In this document: positions 63,748-64,000 of the stretch, in pieces
How positions within the stretch are numbered: the first letter of the stretch is position 1
Layout of the letters: each line of letters opens with the position of its first letter
From: an uncultured candidatus Porisulfidus sp.
GTDB taxonomy: Bacteria; Pseudomonadota; Gammaproteobacteria; Poriferisulfidales; Poriferisulfidaceae
Assembly: GCA_965199755.1 (NCBI GenBank)
Contig: CBDASZ010000002.1
Location: forward strand, 256,001 to 320,000
Direction: 5' to 3'
DNA length: 64,000 bases
Notes under the pieces: generated by a model
What the model saw: only the letters and a program-made list of their open reading frames with translations
Databases searched by the model: none
What the model was told of the DNA's origin: nothing
Made by a program: the position numbers and the translations under genes

Positions 63748-63825
63748 TGGCTGGGCCGGCAGGATTCGAACCTGCGAATGCGGGGATCAAAACCCCGTGC
63801 CTTAACCTGACTTGGCGACGGCCCA
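63748..63825 (-). tRNA. tRNA-Gln (anticodon UUG)
   Basis: Minus strand reads TGGGCCGTCGCCAAGTCAGGTTAAGGCACGGGGTTTTGATCCCCGCATTCGCAGGTTCGAATCCTGCCGGCCCAGCCA: full cloverleaf with encoded CCA, in the classic ispE-tRNA-Gln-prs position. Confidence 0.96.
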
Positions 63826-63832
63826 ACATTCA

Positions 63833-64000
63833 TCATGTTCCCACCAGACCGAGCACCGGAGCGCGCGAAAGACCCTTCGCCACACGGGCATCCCAGTCTT
63901 CGGGACATTGCGCCGCAAGCTGTTCGGCCTGCGCCTGATCGGCGCACCAGGCGAACACCGAGCCGCCGGAGCCAGTCACTCCAGCCGGCGCGGACTCGCG
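63833..64000 (-). CDS. ispE: 4-diphosphocytidyl-2-C-methyl-D-erythritol kinase, C-terminal part
   Basis: VTGSGGSVFA GHMP motif and VAKGL. Syntenic with tRNA-Gln and prs. Start lies beyond the window. Confidence 0.88.
   Translation of the reverse strand, partial: RESAPAGVTGSGGSVFAWCADQAQAEQLAAQCPEDWDARVAKGLSRAPVLGLVGT

Overview
This window is chromosomal DNA from a GC-rich gammaproteobacterium. It is mostly conserved housekeeping blocks: smpB; dnaQ-rnhA-yafS-pdxH; grxD-rnt-argG-mlaA; ubiJ-dxs-slyD; accC-accB-aroQ-dsbD-cutA-rpmE; hemW-rdgB-rph; yrbG-kdsD-kdsC-lptC/A-lptB-hpf-ptsN-rapZ-PTS-mgtE; mnmG-rsmG-parA-parB; pyrD-gpsA-secB-grxC; map-glnD-mutS; arsC-wrbA; and prs-tRNA-Gln-ispE. Two visibly AT-richer accessory inserts interrupt it. 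The first (~9.9-18.1 kb) is a decaying LPS-modification locus with three pseudogenes around one intact GT4 gene that carries an N-terminal domain resembling archaeal CTP-dependent riboflavin kinase. It continues into a dead DUF262 (GmrSD-like) gene and an intact McrBC. The second (30.2-31.8 kb) is an XRE-HTH/ImmA-IrrE peptidase plus PIN-domain pair with a palindromic operator-like site. The other main oddities are a 6-TM voltage-gated-type channel whose TVGYGD filter has been replaced, an LptC-LptA fusion, the absence of rpoN and hprK from their usual operon, a collapsed autotransporter-like remnant, and a small protein with a motif-linker-membrane-targeting-helix layout. All calls come from motif recognition and synteny by eye. 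No database searches were run.
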